Assembly: GCA_964016885.1 (NCBI GenBank)
Contig: OZ024750.1
Location: 3,038,001-3,102,000, forward strand
Direction: 5' to 3'
Length of the DNA: 64,000 bases
Source of the DNA: Eledone cirrhosa
Taxonomy: Eukaryota
The notes under the pieces were generated by a model. It searched no databases, was not told where the DNA came from, and worked only from the letters and a program-made list of their open reading frames with translations. Position 1 is the stretch's first letter, and each line of letters opens with the position of its first letter. This document shows, in pieces, positions 1 through 13,012 of the stretch. The translations under genes and the position numbers were made by a program.

Positions 1-867
1 TTTGCCAAACTACTAAGCAATAAAGACATTATTTATGCATGACATAAACAAGTCACAGCTTGCATTTAATATGGAGAGGCATGCAGCTTATCATACCCAT
101 ATACATACATACAAACACACACACACAGGTGTGTGTGTGTGTGTGTGTGATTTATGGGAATGAGACATGGGTGATGAACATGGAGGAGTTGTAAAGATTA
201 GAAAGAACAGAAAGAAGAATGGTCTGACAGATGAATGGAGAGAGAGAGAGAGAGAGAGAGATGAGAAATGATTGTTTCTCCATTAGGCAAACAGCCAACA
301 ATTTGAGAGGAATGGGTAAGTAGATAAAATCGACCCCAGTGGTACTTAATTTTATCGACCCTGTAAAAAGAAACATTTCTAATTTTCCAAAAGAAAAAAA
401 AGTCAACCAAGCAAAAACCTTGATTTCGGAAACTCTGAAAATTTTTATTCTTGGTTTATAGAGAATATTTTAATGTCTTTATTAATTATAAAATATGAAA
501 TCAATTTAGTACTGTTTTACAAGTAAACCCTCATAAGGCTTTCGCAATTAAAGCTAAGCTCAATTAATTATATAAGTAAAAAGAATATGTAATATTAATG
601 AATTAATAAATAAAAGTTATTCTTATTCAAAGAAATGGTGGAAAATAAAATCAAACAGTTTATTCATCATTAATTATATAATTTATTTAATTAATTGCAT
701 TAAAGCCCATGTCACTGCTGATACACTATCTTTAATTATATAATTTATTTATATAATTTATAATATATGATCTTTTAATAATATGATCATGTGTAAAAAT
801 GTAATGAAAAAATTGGTGAATTCAAATGAATTAGATTTCAGTTTTTCCTTAAAGATGGATCAAATAA

Positions 868-1080
868 TGGTTTCAGATTATGATACAAGACCAACAATTT
901 TGGGGGAGGGGAAAGTCGATTAAATTGACCCCAGTTCGTTACTGGTACTTTATTTTATCAACCCTGTAAGGATGAAAGGCGAAGTTAACCTCGGTGGGAT
1001 TTGAACACAGAATGTAAAGGGACTTGACTCCATGTCACAAAGCATGTTCGACACTCTGCTGATTCTGCCAATCCACCGCC
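868..1080 (-). mobile_element. tRNA-derived SINE (main family in window), near full length
   Basis: Reverse strand reads a GGCGGTGGATTGGCAG A-box-like head, GTTCAAATCC B-box, body GAGGTTAACTTCGCCTTTCATCCTTAC-GG-TGATAAAATAAAGTACCAG and the shared tail; more than 15 copies in the window. Confidence 0.85.
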
Positions 1081-1445
1081 ATTTGGAGAAATAATGAATA
1101 TTGTTACAATAATGTAAAAATGTCAGGAAAATGAACAGTACGAGTCATGATATAGACACAGACACATGCATGCGTGTGTATAGAGGGGGAGTATCAGGTG
1201 TAGTGTTGGTGAATTTCAGGAAGCATCAAAGTTTTGAAAGATGCAGTGTGCCAACAGTTTAATAACTGCATTGTTTCTATCCAGGGACTATGTTGAAAAA
1301 TAAACCTCATTTGGTCATTCCATGAGAGTATCTTGGTCAGCCTATGAGATTTTCAGTCGACCCTCATATGCTTTATAAGTTAGGCTACGAGGTATTTTTG
1401 GTACAGAGGTGCAAAATATAAAAGATAGAACATTATCTTTCTTTC

Positions 1446-1647
1446 TTAACTATTTAGCAATTAAACCAGCCATATCCGGCTAGAATTCTCTCGCCTGGCT
1501 GTAACTAGCCACTCATGCCAACATTAAGGTATTATTCTCAAACTAAATAATATCAAAATCTCATATATTTGATATTATGTGAGGTAAAGCCTTTACTGCA
1601 CAAATAGAATAGTATATATAAAGTAAAGTAAAATGCTAAAGGGTTAA
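1446..1647 (+). mobile_element. piggyBac-type MITE family A, degenerate left end
   Basis: Ends in TGCTAAAGGG-TTAA; body matches the copy at 11731-11964. Confidence 0.8.
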
Positions 1648-1723
1648 TCATAGACTTCTTTTTATCTTTAATCCTCTCAAAATATGAATTGTAAAAAATC
1701 ACACATTTCTGATTTAATTCCCA

Positions 1724-1763
<40 letters not shown>

Positions 1764-2639
1764 AAAGGAAATATAGTGTCAAATGAAAAATGTTTAAGAT
1801 GCTTTGAGCAATTGATGTATATTGTAAGAACATCACAAGAAAGATAAAAGTTTAACCCAATAGCATTAGTTATTGAAATATATTGAATTATGAGAGACAT
1901 AAAGGGAACATAAATACATTTCTCTAGATTTTCTGATCAAAATTAACTACAAAATTTCTTAGTTACTAAATACTTATATGTGTATACCAATATTATCAAA
2001 GTGCAGAAATATAATCATATTAACTTCAAAACTTAAATTTGAAAAAAAAAGAAAAGAAATACTGCAAATAATGTCAGGAATATAGGATTGGTTTAGTAAG
2101 ACAATGAGAAAAGAATACTCTACCCCTGCCTAAAAAAATAAAATTAAAAAGAAAGAAAAGAAAAGAAGAAAAAAGAAAAATATAGAAGGAAAAAAAATTA
2201 AAAACCAATCGAAAGGTTTTGTCTAGAATCAGATCAATAACCATATTTCCATTTTGCCCGAACTGACTAATACACATTTCAGAAAATTAAAATTTCTTGG
2301 AAGTTACAAATCAAATAAATGAAGTTATTTTGTACTTTTTCAAATGATTTTATGATCTGAAATATACAAATGAAATAATGAAAAAATACTTGAGTATATT
2401 TCAAATTAATTATTGGTAGAAATAGATGGCAATGAAGCAGATACAACTGTGAAAACAGTTGATAAGTTTGATTAGAATATTGGTGACTGAAGATGGTGTT
2501 TGGTTGATGTTTGTCAACCAGTGAGAAGATGATCTGGGAGAGACAGAATTAATGGAATAATTATAATTAAATTCTCTTATTTATTTTAATATTTTGTTAT
2601 TTTCATGGGATTACTCAGAGGAAAACTTAATAAATTTAC

Positions 2640-2830
2640 AAAGCTTCAGATAATCAAAATCAAGATACTCTCATGGAATGACCAAATGAGGTTTATCTTT
2701 CTACATAGTCCCTGGAAAGAAACAATGTAGTTATTAATAAGAAGAGTTGAAATTAATGCATGTAAGATTTCACAGCACTAGCATCACTCCTTCATAGTCA
2801 GTCTATGAACTTTTCAGCCTATCCTCGTAT
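2640..2830 (+). mobile_element. mariner-type MITE, left end degraded
   Basis: Body matches 16008-16211; right TIR AACTTTTCAGCCTATCCTCG-TA. Confidence 0.7.
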
Positions 2831-3101
2831 AAACATATTTTTCCAAGTACTGTTTCAGCTTTTCTTGACACAACTAACAGTTCATCATGTCTGAACATTT
2901 ATATAACAACCCCCTCTCAATTTCTATAAGGCCCAGATGAGGGACTCAGTTTCAGTCCTTTTAGGAAATATTTGGCTTCAAGCTTTAAGATTTTTTTTGC
3001 TTCATTAAAAGAAAAGTCTGTATGTTTTGATGATTTACATTCCTTAGTTTGACAAACATAAAATATAAAAACAAAAATTCAATCTTTAAGCAATAATCTT
3101 C

Positions 3102-3213
3102 CTTTACGGCCATATCACATTGAAAGCATCGATTCTTGTCCCATCACCATAGTTAAGCAATGTCGAGTCTAGTCAGATGACCATTTGAGATCCCTAGGTG
3201 CTGCTGTAAGCAT
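3102..3213 (+). pseudogene. 5S rRNA pseudogene
   Basis: TTACGGCCATATCACATTGAAAGCATCGATTCTTGTCCCATCACC-AGTTAAGCAATGTCGAG...TGACC...GGTGCTG-TAAGC follows the metazoan 5S consensus; the TACTTGGATGG (C-box) segment is deleted and CpG decay is visible. Confidence 0.85.
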
Positions 3214-3623
3214 CTCCTACCAAGGGAAGTACCCCAGCATGGCCTCAGCCGGAAGGCTGGAACGAGTAAAAGAGTAGACATGCTAAATTATCCAAATTAT
3301 GAATTAACAATAACTGAGTTCTCTGAATTATGAATGGAGAGTTTCAGTTTTATCTATTATTTCTAATGTCCTACAACTATTGACCACCCAATATATCAGA
3401 CACATTGTGTCATAATAAATAATACATAAACTTCTTAAAAATGCAGAAACAAAATTCAAATATAGGAAATGTTGGCAATACATCAGTAAAATGTTTAACG
3501 AAATGCATTTAATGCCTTTCGTATAAACTGAAATATGCCATTGGCAGATTCCATTTTAAGTGAAGACTTTTAGCTCACTTAGATAATGTAAGCATTTTAA
3601 TGTTTCAAATCAACACGAAAGCA

Positions 3624-4110
<487 letters not shown>

Positions 4111-4513
4111 AACTTTTTTCGGTTAAGTGCTTAAAATGATTTCTGGTCAGGTGGGGCTAGTTAGAGATATTTCTGCAAAGTTCTCTCAAAATCACAGGAT
4201 GCAATATTTACAATTTTAGTATGAGCAGCAGGCATATATATTATATCTTCAGTGATCTAAACAGAATTATTTTGCAGAGCAACCACGGGACACAGGCAAT
4301 GGTTGCAGCATTGCTACAGAATATCTTCCACTCTGTTGCTGACTCATTCACCTATGGTACTACCAACTTTGACTTTCATATCTCTTTTGGTAATTATACT
4401 AATCATATCTTTCCTATGTTGTCTGAAGCCTAAAAAGTAGCCGGTGTTGTACACCAGGCTATTTTTTAGCACCCTACCCTGTTCAAGTTTGGGTGTAAAG
4501 AAGTTACACATAA

Positions 4514-4807
4514 TTAACCCTTTAGCATTTAAACTGGTCGTATCCGGCCAGAAGTCTCTCACCTCTTTCTGTTCAAATTGGCTGTAACCAGCCACTCATA
4601 CTAATGTTAAAATATTGTGCCCAAAATAAATAATATCAAAATCTCATAGATTCGATATTATGTGAGATATTATGTGAGGTAAAGCCTTTACTGTGAAAAT
4701 ACAATAGTATATATAGAGTAATGTAAATGTTATGTGAGATATTATGTGAGGTAAAGCCTTTACTGTGAAAATACAATAGTATATATAGAGTAATGTAAAC
4801 GGGTTAA
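4514..4807 (+). mobile_element. piggyBac-type MITE family A with an internal ~70-bp tandem duplication
   Basis: TTAA-CCCTTTAGCATTT start and GGG-TTAA end; the TTATGTGAGATATTATGTGAGG...GTAATGTAAA block occurs twice. Confidence 0.8.
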
Positions 4808-6939
4808 GCATGAAACAAAACTTTAAAATTACAAATAAAGCAGCTGATTTTATCAGAAGGCTATAAAGTCAAAAAATATATAAAAAATAAATAAATAATA
4901 AAAACACTATAAAAAGAAAATTAGAAATATCTTTGATTACTATTTAAAAAACCTGAAGTACATTGAAGTTAAAACTATCATCTATATTCAAATATAAGCC
5001 GACCCCACTACTTTATGGCTGAGGAATGGGCAAAAATTTAAAGCTAATTTCTACAGAATTTGAAATTGTTGAAAATTGTCTAAATAGTGATCCTAAGTGA
5101 AGAATAACAACAACATCATATTTACAGGATAAAGGATAAATTAAAACAAAATCCAAATAAAAAATTTACTATCATCAAGTTATTAGAACCAATTGTTTCT
5201 ACCTAATCCTCCTTCATAAAAGCCCTTAATTTATTTGATAGCAACTCACCAAAAATCACCTCTGGTTCTACGAAACACAGTCACCCATATTAAATAAATT
5301 CCTATTTAAATCAAAACCTTCCAACATAATTTGTTAAGTTAATGTTACAAACAACATCTTAATGTTTTCTTTATTATTATTATTTTAATTAAACAAAACA
5401 CCATTTTAATAAATCCTTCCAAATTCCTCATAAATATATTGAAATACAGTTTATTTCATTAGAAACAGGGTCGTGGCAGGGTTAAGCTTCATTTGATTAT
5501 CTTCTGTGCAGGAAACAGTGAAATTACTGTCTGTGAAATTGGAGTTTTACTATTACAGCTATAAAGATGAACATAATGAAATTATAGAAATAATTTAGTG
5601 AACTCTGGAACTGAATGAAAATTATTCACTTTGTTTATTTCTAACACCATATAGGGATTTATAATTATGATAATTCCATGTAACTAACTTTTCTGTTGAC
5701 CTACAGTCTATAGTATAGAGATGACCCATTTATTGACAAAAGAAAGAGTAAACGAAAAAATGCTGTAGGCTAAAATGGCTTTCACTAAGAAGTGATTTAA
5801 TAGTGAATAAATATTTCCAAATTTAGACATTTTCTTAGAATAATTAGTCAAATATTTAAGAAAAATGTAAAGCAAATTTACCCTCAGCAGGATTTAAACT
5901 CAGAGAACCAGGACAAATACTGCAAAGCATTCTGTCTGATACTCTAATGATTGCCTATTCATGGCCTTAATTTATACACAAAACAAAAATCAATACAAAT
6001 TATTAATTTATTAATACTCTCCTACTTTGTAATAAAAAAAAAATTCCTGATAAATATAGTGAAGTGTTATTACGGCAGATATATGACAATGAGAAAATGG
6101 CTGGAGTGATGCATAACTTATGTATTCTGAATCAGACAATATAGTTGACAATGTACAGATTACCTGTGGAATTATTTACCTGTGGAATTATTTACTAAAT
6201 TTACCAAGTATTATTTATCTTCTCTTCAATATATTTTCGACTCTATTCAAAATGACTCAAAATGACAGAAAATACAAAAGATAAACACAAAAATATTTAT
6301 TAATTGCTTTCATTTTACAAAGGACAGGTAATGAATATGCAAAATTTGCTGCACAATACTGGTCAGTATTGATTTAGTAGGAAGGAACTGAAAAGTAAAA
6401 TTGTCCATCTAAATATGATTTTAGTTCAGATTAATATAGTAACAAATTGAATTTGTTTCATGAAATATGTGTTCAAACCAAAAAGTTTCAAAGATAGAAC
6501 AATGGCTGAAGGAAAGAAAATAGAAATAGATAATTTGTATTGACAGAAACAGCAGCAATTTGTGGAAAGGCTAAAAGTTCTGAAAATAAGTATTTCTATA
6601 TGTACTTTGTAATCCATATCACCATAACAACATTTCTGACAAATTAATTGCTGACCATGAAATTATCTACAAAATATTATATTAACCCCTTTGATTCCAA
6701 ACTGCCAACAAACCATTCTGGATTAGTGTTACAAAAACTGTACATTTTAAAATGTTTATACTTATATTAAAACCTTTCATCATAATTTTATTTTAGCAAT
6801 TTTTTTATTAAGTAATATTCTAAATATCAGCTTACTAATGAAAAGGTTATTTCATTAAATTCCTCTAAAGGTTTGATTATTTTCAAAACTAATTGAAATA
6901 CATTGGTAAAGTATTTGATACAAAGTATATATTACTAAA

Positions 6940-7235
6940 GATGGTGAATTGGTAGTCGTTAAAATGTCGGATAGAATGCTTTATGGAATTCATTTCGGCT
7001 TTTTGTTCTCTGAGTTCAAATCCCAATGAGGTCAACTTTGCCTTTCATCCATTCGAGGTTGATAAAAAAAAATACCAGTCTAGTACTGGGGTGGATTCTT
7101 GCTCTATATCTCTTTCTCACTCTCTCTGTCCTTCTCTGGAAGAAATCTACTGTATTCAGACATGGAGAGGAGGTAGGGCTATGCCAGAATTAATGCCCTG
7201 GGGATGCTGTATGTCACTGGGACAGCACACTACAT
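6940..7235 (+). mobile_element. SINE variant with (TC)n linker and extended tail
   Basis: SINE head and body (GAGTTCAAATCC...GCCTTTCATCC) followed by a TC-rich linker and TGGAAGAAATCTACTGTATTCAGACATGGAGAGG, shared with the copies at 20320, 24545 and 45845. Confidence 0.65.
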
Positions 7236-7709
7236 ACAACAAAACCAGTTAAAATTTAACTAAATATGCTAATTACCTCCTTTGCATACTAATGAATGGT
7301 AAGGGGTAACAGTCTGATTTTTTGCAAGCATTACCATCCTCCAGTGTCCCTCAAATTACTAATACTACCCATTTTCTGGCAGATAATTATGCTGAAAATA
7401 ACTAACTTGGATCGTTAAAATCATTATCCTCCGTGTCAACCATCCACTTATAAAACTCATAGAAATCTCTAAAAACTAATACAAAATAAAACAAAACCTT
7501 GACAGGAATCTTTCATAAGCAATGTCTGCTAACCATATGATGTGATTCACAGCATTATTTAGTTTGTTTAGAGGCTGCTAGCTTATCATGAAGAGTGCTA
7601 CATTTATAGGTCAATGTATCAGCCATGTTGTACCTTTTGCTGTTATCAAGGCTGATAAGTTGACCTCACAGTGTAAAAGAGTTCCAGACTGTTTCATTGT
7701 TATCAAATA

Positions 7710-7897
7710 CATTGTCGGAGTTTCAGGAGTCTGTTAAGCATTATATGTTCTGAGTTCAAATCCCGCCAAGATTAACTTTGCCTTTCGTCCTTACGGAGTC
7801 GATAAAATAAAATACCAGTAATGCACTGGGGGGGGGGGGGGGGGGGGTTAATCACCCCCCCCCCTATTGCTGGCCTTGTGCCTATGGTAGAAATCAT
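7710..7897 (+). mobile_element. tRNA-derived SINE with internal poly-G/poly-C tracts
   Basis: B-box GAGTTCAAATCC, body and GCTGGCCTTGTGCC tail. Confidence 0.8.
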
Positions 7898-7959
7898 TAT
7901 TAGATGTCTTTGATCAATAATACATTATTAGACAGAAATCATTATCATTTAAGTACTGT

Positions 7960-8392
7960 CATCATCATCATCATCATCACCACTATTTAACCTCCATTTT
8001 TCCACACTAGCATGGGTTAGACAAGTTGTCCTGTTGTGAAACAAGTCAGATTAAATGACCATGTCTTGCTTATACAGAACTATTTCTGGCTTAGTTTCTA
8101 TAGCTGGATACCCTTCCTAACACTAACCACATTTATAGTGTGGACTAGGTGCTTTTTATTGTGGCACCAACACAACTACTTTACAGGGTGGACTGGGTGC
8201 TTATTGTCATGTCACCAACACAACTACTTTACAGGGTGGACTGGGTGCTTATTGTCATGTCACCAACACAACTACTTTACAGGGTGAACTGGGTGCTTAT
8301 TGTCATGTCACCAACACAACCACTTTACAGGGTGGACTGGGTGCTTTTTTATTGTGGAACCAACACGACCTCTTTACAGAGTGGACTGGGTG
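7960..8392 (-). mobile_element. RTE-tail non-autonomous element with a derived 48-bp minisatellite
   Basis: (CAT)n followed by ...TTCCACACTAGCATGGGTTAGAC...TTTCTATAGCTGGATACCCTTCCTAAC, then about 5 tandem 48-bp units. Confidence 0.8.
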
Positions 8393-8626
8393 TTTATATA
8401 TATAATCATATTAAAAATGAAATTATTTCAAGATCTATAACAGGTTCATTTACATACATTGGCATAAATAACTGTATTCTGAGTCAAAAGAAAAGATAAA
8501 CAAGGAAAGAATATTTGGAAGACTCGACTAGCCACAGTAATGGCAGCCATTTCCAACAAGTTTTGTAAAAATGAACATTTAGAAATTATGTAACATGCAC
8601 CAACATGTAACACAACACTGACCATT

Positions 8627-9165
8627 TTGGTGATGATGGTGATGGTAGGGTGGTGGTGGTGGTGGTAGGGGTAGTGGTGGTGGTGGTGGTGGTAGGGTGG
8701 TTGTGGTGATGGTAGGGTGGTGGTGGTGGTGATGGTAGTGGTGGTGGTGGTGATGGTAGGGTGGTGGTGGTGATGGTAGGGTGGTGGTGGTGATGGTAGG
8801 GTGGTGGTGGTGAGGGTGGTGGTGGTGATGATGGTAGGGGTAGTGGCGGTGGTGGTGATGGTAGGGTCGTGGTGGTGATGGTGATGGTAGGAGTAGTGGT
8901 GGTGGTGGTGATGGTAGGGTGGTGGTGGTGAGGATGGTAGGGGTAGTGGTGGTGGTGAGGGTGGTGGTGGTGATGATGGTAGGGGTGGTGGTGGTGGTGG
9001 TGATGGTAGAGATGGTGGTGATGATGGTGGTGATGGCAGTCATGGTGGCAGTGGTAGTGATGATGGTGGTGGTGACGATGGTGGTGGTGATGGTAGAGAT
9101 GGTGGTGGTGATGGTAGTGGTGGTGGTGATGATGGTGGCTGTGGTGGTGGTGATGGTGATGGTGG

Positions 9166-9199
<34 letters not shown>

Positions 9200-9210
9200 G
9201 GTGGTGGTGG

Positions 9211-9252
<42 letters not shown>

Positions 9253-9265
9253 GTGCAATGATGAT
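8627..9265. repeat. (GGT)n/(GAT)n compound trinucleotide repeat
   Basis: Direct; explains the poly-H/T/V ORFs. Confidence 0.95.
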
Positions 9266-9859
9266 ACTGAAACATGGCTCAAATATCATCTATTTGCAGT
9301 CATCCTGACCAACTTCACATAGTGAATAATTGCAACTCTTCTCAGATTTAAGAGTCTGAAATGATCAGAGAAACTGTGTGCATTTACCAAATGCCATGTA
9401 ATACACACAACATCATACGACAAATATATATATTTCATGTGTACACTTACGACTGCACACTATCAACCAGGGACTCCCTATACATTACTGAAAGAGGCTC
9501 TGACATTGATCCAATGAAACTTTATTATTGAAAGATGACGTGAACTGAGATAAAATATTCTATAGAGGAGGAGTGGGGTACACCTTCTTCCACCGTATCA
9601 AGTTTTGAACATCGCAGGAAGTCCCATATCTTGTGTAGGTTTATAAAGAGAATATTTTTTACATATGAGCACTTAACCTCACCAATGTTTTAAAGAGAGC
9701 TGTAAATGTTGTGATAGGCTGCTGAATGTGGAGAATATGTGGAAGGAAGAGGGACGACCCCCAGTGAACTCAAGAGAATATGTGGAAGGAAGAGGGACCA
9801 CTCCCAGTGAACTCAACAGGGGAACCAGTTATACCACGTTGACATATTATGGTTAAAGT

Positions 9860-10695
9860 CACCATAGATGATATCGAGGAGAAAGTGGGTAAACCATCAG
9901 CAAAAGTGATTTGAAATGCTGAAAATATCAATCAAAATAGAGCTCAAGTTAGTCAGATCATCAACCAGGTAGCATGTATGTAACGGTGTCATACCTAATG
10001 ACTGGTATAGCAGTATAATTCTTATTTGCTACAAGAGTAAAAGTGGTACTCTAGGAAAGAGAAAATACAGAGGAATCAAACTAATAGATCAAGTTACCAA
10101 AGAAATAGGAAGAGTTTTAGCACTACTAATAAGGAAAATAATTACTGTATATATTCGAAAATAAGCCAATACAAATAAAAGTCAACTCCAATGTTTGAGA
10201 AATGGACCAAAATCCAAACCTTATTTATGTAGAATTTGAGGTTGATGAAAACCATCAATTTTTTTGGTCAGCTATTCCTTAGCTTATATTCGAGTATATA
10301 CGGTAGTTTAGATTAGATGCAGTTTGAATGTGGGCAAGGATTTGTAAAGGCAAGAAAGGAATAAAGCAAATATGCTTCAATGAATATATAACGCTTGTGT
10401 GAATAAACAATAAGACTTAGATGAGGCGAGGAATGAATGTAAAAGGAATTAGATGAAGTGTGCAAGAGAGAAGATTGTATTGGTATGGACATGTAATAAA
10501 TATGGATGATGACAATTGATTGAAAAGATATAGTAGAAGTAGGTTGAAGAAGGGTTGGGTAGAGGTGGTGAAAGTTGATCTTAGAATGCTGAACCTCACA
10601 AATAAGATGACAAAAGAAGATGACACTTGCCTAGAGAAGATTCACCTAACTCATGCAAGCATGGAAAAACAGACATAAAAGTGATGACGATGATA
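9860..10695 (+). mobile_element. Decayed RTE LINE: RT N-terminal part plus 3' end, internally deleted
   Basis: Translates GVIPNDWYSSIILICYKSKSGTLGKRKYRGIKLIDQVTKEIGRV (LINE RT P.DW...YRGI.L motif), later ERRLYWYGHV, and ends in the CATGCAAGCATGGAAAA...GATGACGATGAT tail. Confidence 0.8.
10143..10305. mobile_element. Tc1/mariner (Tc2-like) MITE nested in the RTE relic
   Basis: TA-CTGTATATATTCGAAAATAAGC ... GCTTATATTCGAGTATATACGG-TA TIRs with TA duplication; partial relatives near 4980 and 27240-27271. Confidence 0.75.
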
Positions 10696-10839
10696 TTAGA
10701 ATTATTATTAACTTTTATATGTTTTAGTTAGAAAAGCAAGAATAGGACCTTAGATATTTCTCAAGGTCTCCGACACTATTAAGGAGACGTTATACTAAGT
10801 ATAAAGTATGTACATAACTAATGTGCTAAAAATCATCAG

Positions 10840-11210
10840 TTAGATGCCCTCCCTAATGAATCTCTTTACAGAGTGTACAGGGTGCATTTTATTGTGGCAC
10901 AAGCACAATCACTTTACAGAGTGTACTGGGTGAATTTTATTGGGGCACCGTCATAACCCCTTTACAGAGTATACTGGATACATTTTATCATGGTACCAGC
11001 ACTGTCACTTAATGAGTGCATTTTATCATGGCACCAGCACTACCATTTACAGAGTGTACTGGATGCATTTTATTGTGGCACCAGCACATCCACTTTACAG
11101 CGTGTACTGGGTGCATTTTATTGCAGCACCAGCACTATCACTTTACAGAATGTACTGGGTGAATTTTTACATGACGTCAGCACTACTACTTACTTTACAG
11201 AGTGTACTGA
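10840..11210. repeat. ~45-48-bp minisatellite derived from the RTE-tail element
   Basis: About 8 diverged units of TTTACAGAGTGTACTGGGTGCATTTTATTGTGGCACCAGCAC. Confidence 0.85.
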
Positions 11211-11730
11211 ACATACATATAAAAAGAACATATTGTTTTAGCAGCTACAGCAAAGTATAAAATATATTTAGTACTTATAGTTCTACTGATGTGTACTGTA
11301 GATAAATTCATTCAAAACTTGTACAACTATTATTAAACTTTCCATGTTTAGATTTCTGAAACTAACACTGGAAAGAATTCATGTTGCAAGCCTCTATGAA
11401 GCCTGTCTAATCTGCACTTTTATTATCATAGGAAAGGTTGTTGTTTTTTAATGTTATTCACATAATTTTATTTCATTGCTGCAATGTTGGTATTCAGGTT
11501 TTGTTGTGCTAACTCAATTATTTTAGTGAATTAACACAACAAAAGTCTTTATTGATTTTTAAATGGAACGCATCAAATTAATTATTAACTTGATAGAAAT
11601 AATAGTTGAAAAGTAACCAATATACAGCTCTGAACTTTCACAAGCTTAAATTCCCCATTTTTAACTGGGTTTAGTATTATTCCTGTCTAAAGAGTTTGAT
11701 ATTTAATATTATATCTCTCTAAACAGATAT

Positions 11731-11909
11731 TTAACCCTTTAGCATTTAAACTGACCATATTCGGCCAGAATTCTCTCGCCTCTTTCTCTTAAAACCTGCT
11801 GTAACCAGCTGCTCATACTGATGTTAAGGTATTGTTATCAAAATAGATAATATCAAAATCTCATTGATTCGATATTATGTGAGGTAATGCCTTTACGATG
11901 AAAATACAA

Positions 11910-11941
<32 letters not shown>

Positions 11942-11964
11942 TAATGTAAATGCTAAAGGGTTAA
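11731..11964 (+). mobile_element. piggyBac-type MITE family A, complete
   Basis: Perfect 14-bp TIR CCCTTTAGCATTTA / TAAATGCTAAAGGG flanked by TTAA on both sides; internal (GA)n. Confidence 0.9.
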
Positions 11965-12376
11965 AACTTTGATATAAAAGTGAATCTAATACTTTTCTCT
12001 CTTGTAATTAATAAAAACAACAAAAAATATCAAAAATTGTATTGTCTATTTTAAGAAATCTACATTCTAAAAGTAGGGAAATCTTGAATGAAATCGTATA
12101 CGATACAATGTATAAATATCCACTATTAACCTGAAGAAGATTTGTGTATACATGAAAACTATCTGAGAAGAGAGATATTTTACATGGGTGGAGATTCTGC
12201 TTCACTGACATAGTATCAGTTGTCTTTCATCTGGTGTAAAATACTGTTAGTCCCTCACCTATTTTCAATTGATCTACTTAACATGATAGGGCTCTTCATT
12301 CCACTCTCTTTCCAAACCTTACATACAAAAGATTGTCTATTCCAACAAAGCAACCAATATATTACATATTCACTTG

Positions 12377-12408
<32 letters not shown>

Positions 12409-12884
12409 TTATAAAAAGTTATTTAAAGAAACACAAGTTTCGATTATTATAAGGTTAACTTTGCCTTTCATCCTTACGGGGTCGATAAAATAAAGTACCA
12501 GTAATGAACTGGGTAATTGCTGGCCTTGTGCCTAAAGTAGAAACAATTATTATTTATGTATTGGTCATGAAATAAATACTTTCTATAAATAAAATCAAAT
12601 AGATCACATATTTAGCCTAGTCTTTCAGGGATAAGAGATTTGCACATGTACATGGTAACTTTTTCCTTCTGTTACACCACATATATATATCATCATCATC
12701 ATCATCATTTTATGTCCGCTTTTCCCTGCTTGCAAGGGTGGGACGGGAACTGATTCTGGCTTGGTTTCTACAGCTGGATGCCCTTCCTAACACCAACCTC
12801 ATTTACAGTGAGTGCTGGGTGCTTTTTGCCGTGGCACCTCCACGACCACTTTGCAGTGGAATGATAGGGACCCCAGTCCCTATC

Positions 12885-13010
12885 ATCTCATTTCTACAGC
12901 TGAGTAAACTAGAGCAATGTGAAATAAAGTGTCTTGCTCAAGGAAACAACACATCACCCGGTCTGAGAATTGAACTCATAACCTTTCGATTGCAAGGCCA
13001 ATGCTCTACC
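12885..13010 (-). mobile_element. tRNA-derived SINE with CORE-like central domain (second SINE family)
   Basis: Reverse strand TGGTAGAGCATTGGCC...GAGTTCAATTC then CCTTGAGCAAGACACTTTATTTCAC...CAGCTGTAGAAATG. Confidence 0.65.
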
Positions 13011-13012
13011 AT

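Noticed and set aside
2300-2535. Minus-strand acceptor-like sites at about 2357 and 2534
   Set aside because: Followed by early stops or low-information peptides with no matching donor; a terminal exon cannot be excluded but is unsupported
8579-9308. Long poly-His/Thr/Val ORFs (also at 17507-18279 and 35507-36057)
   Set aside because: Translations of trinucleotide microsatellites, open in several frames at once
9732-9817. Short local tandem duplications (also at about 6160, 19213 and 48092)
   Set aside because: Ordinary two-copy slippage events with no further structure
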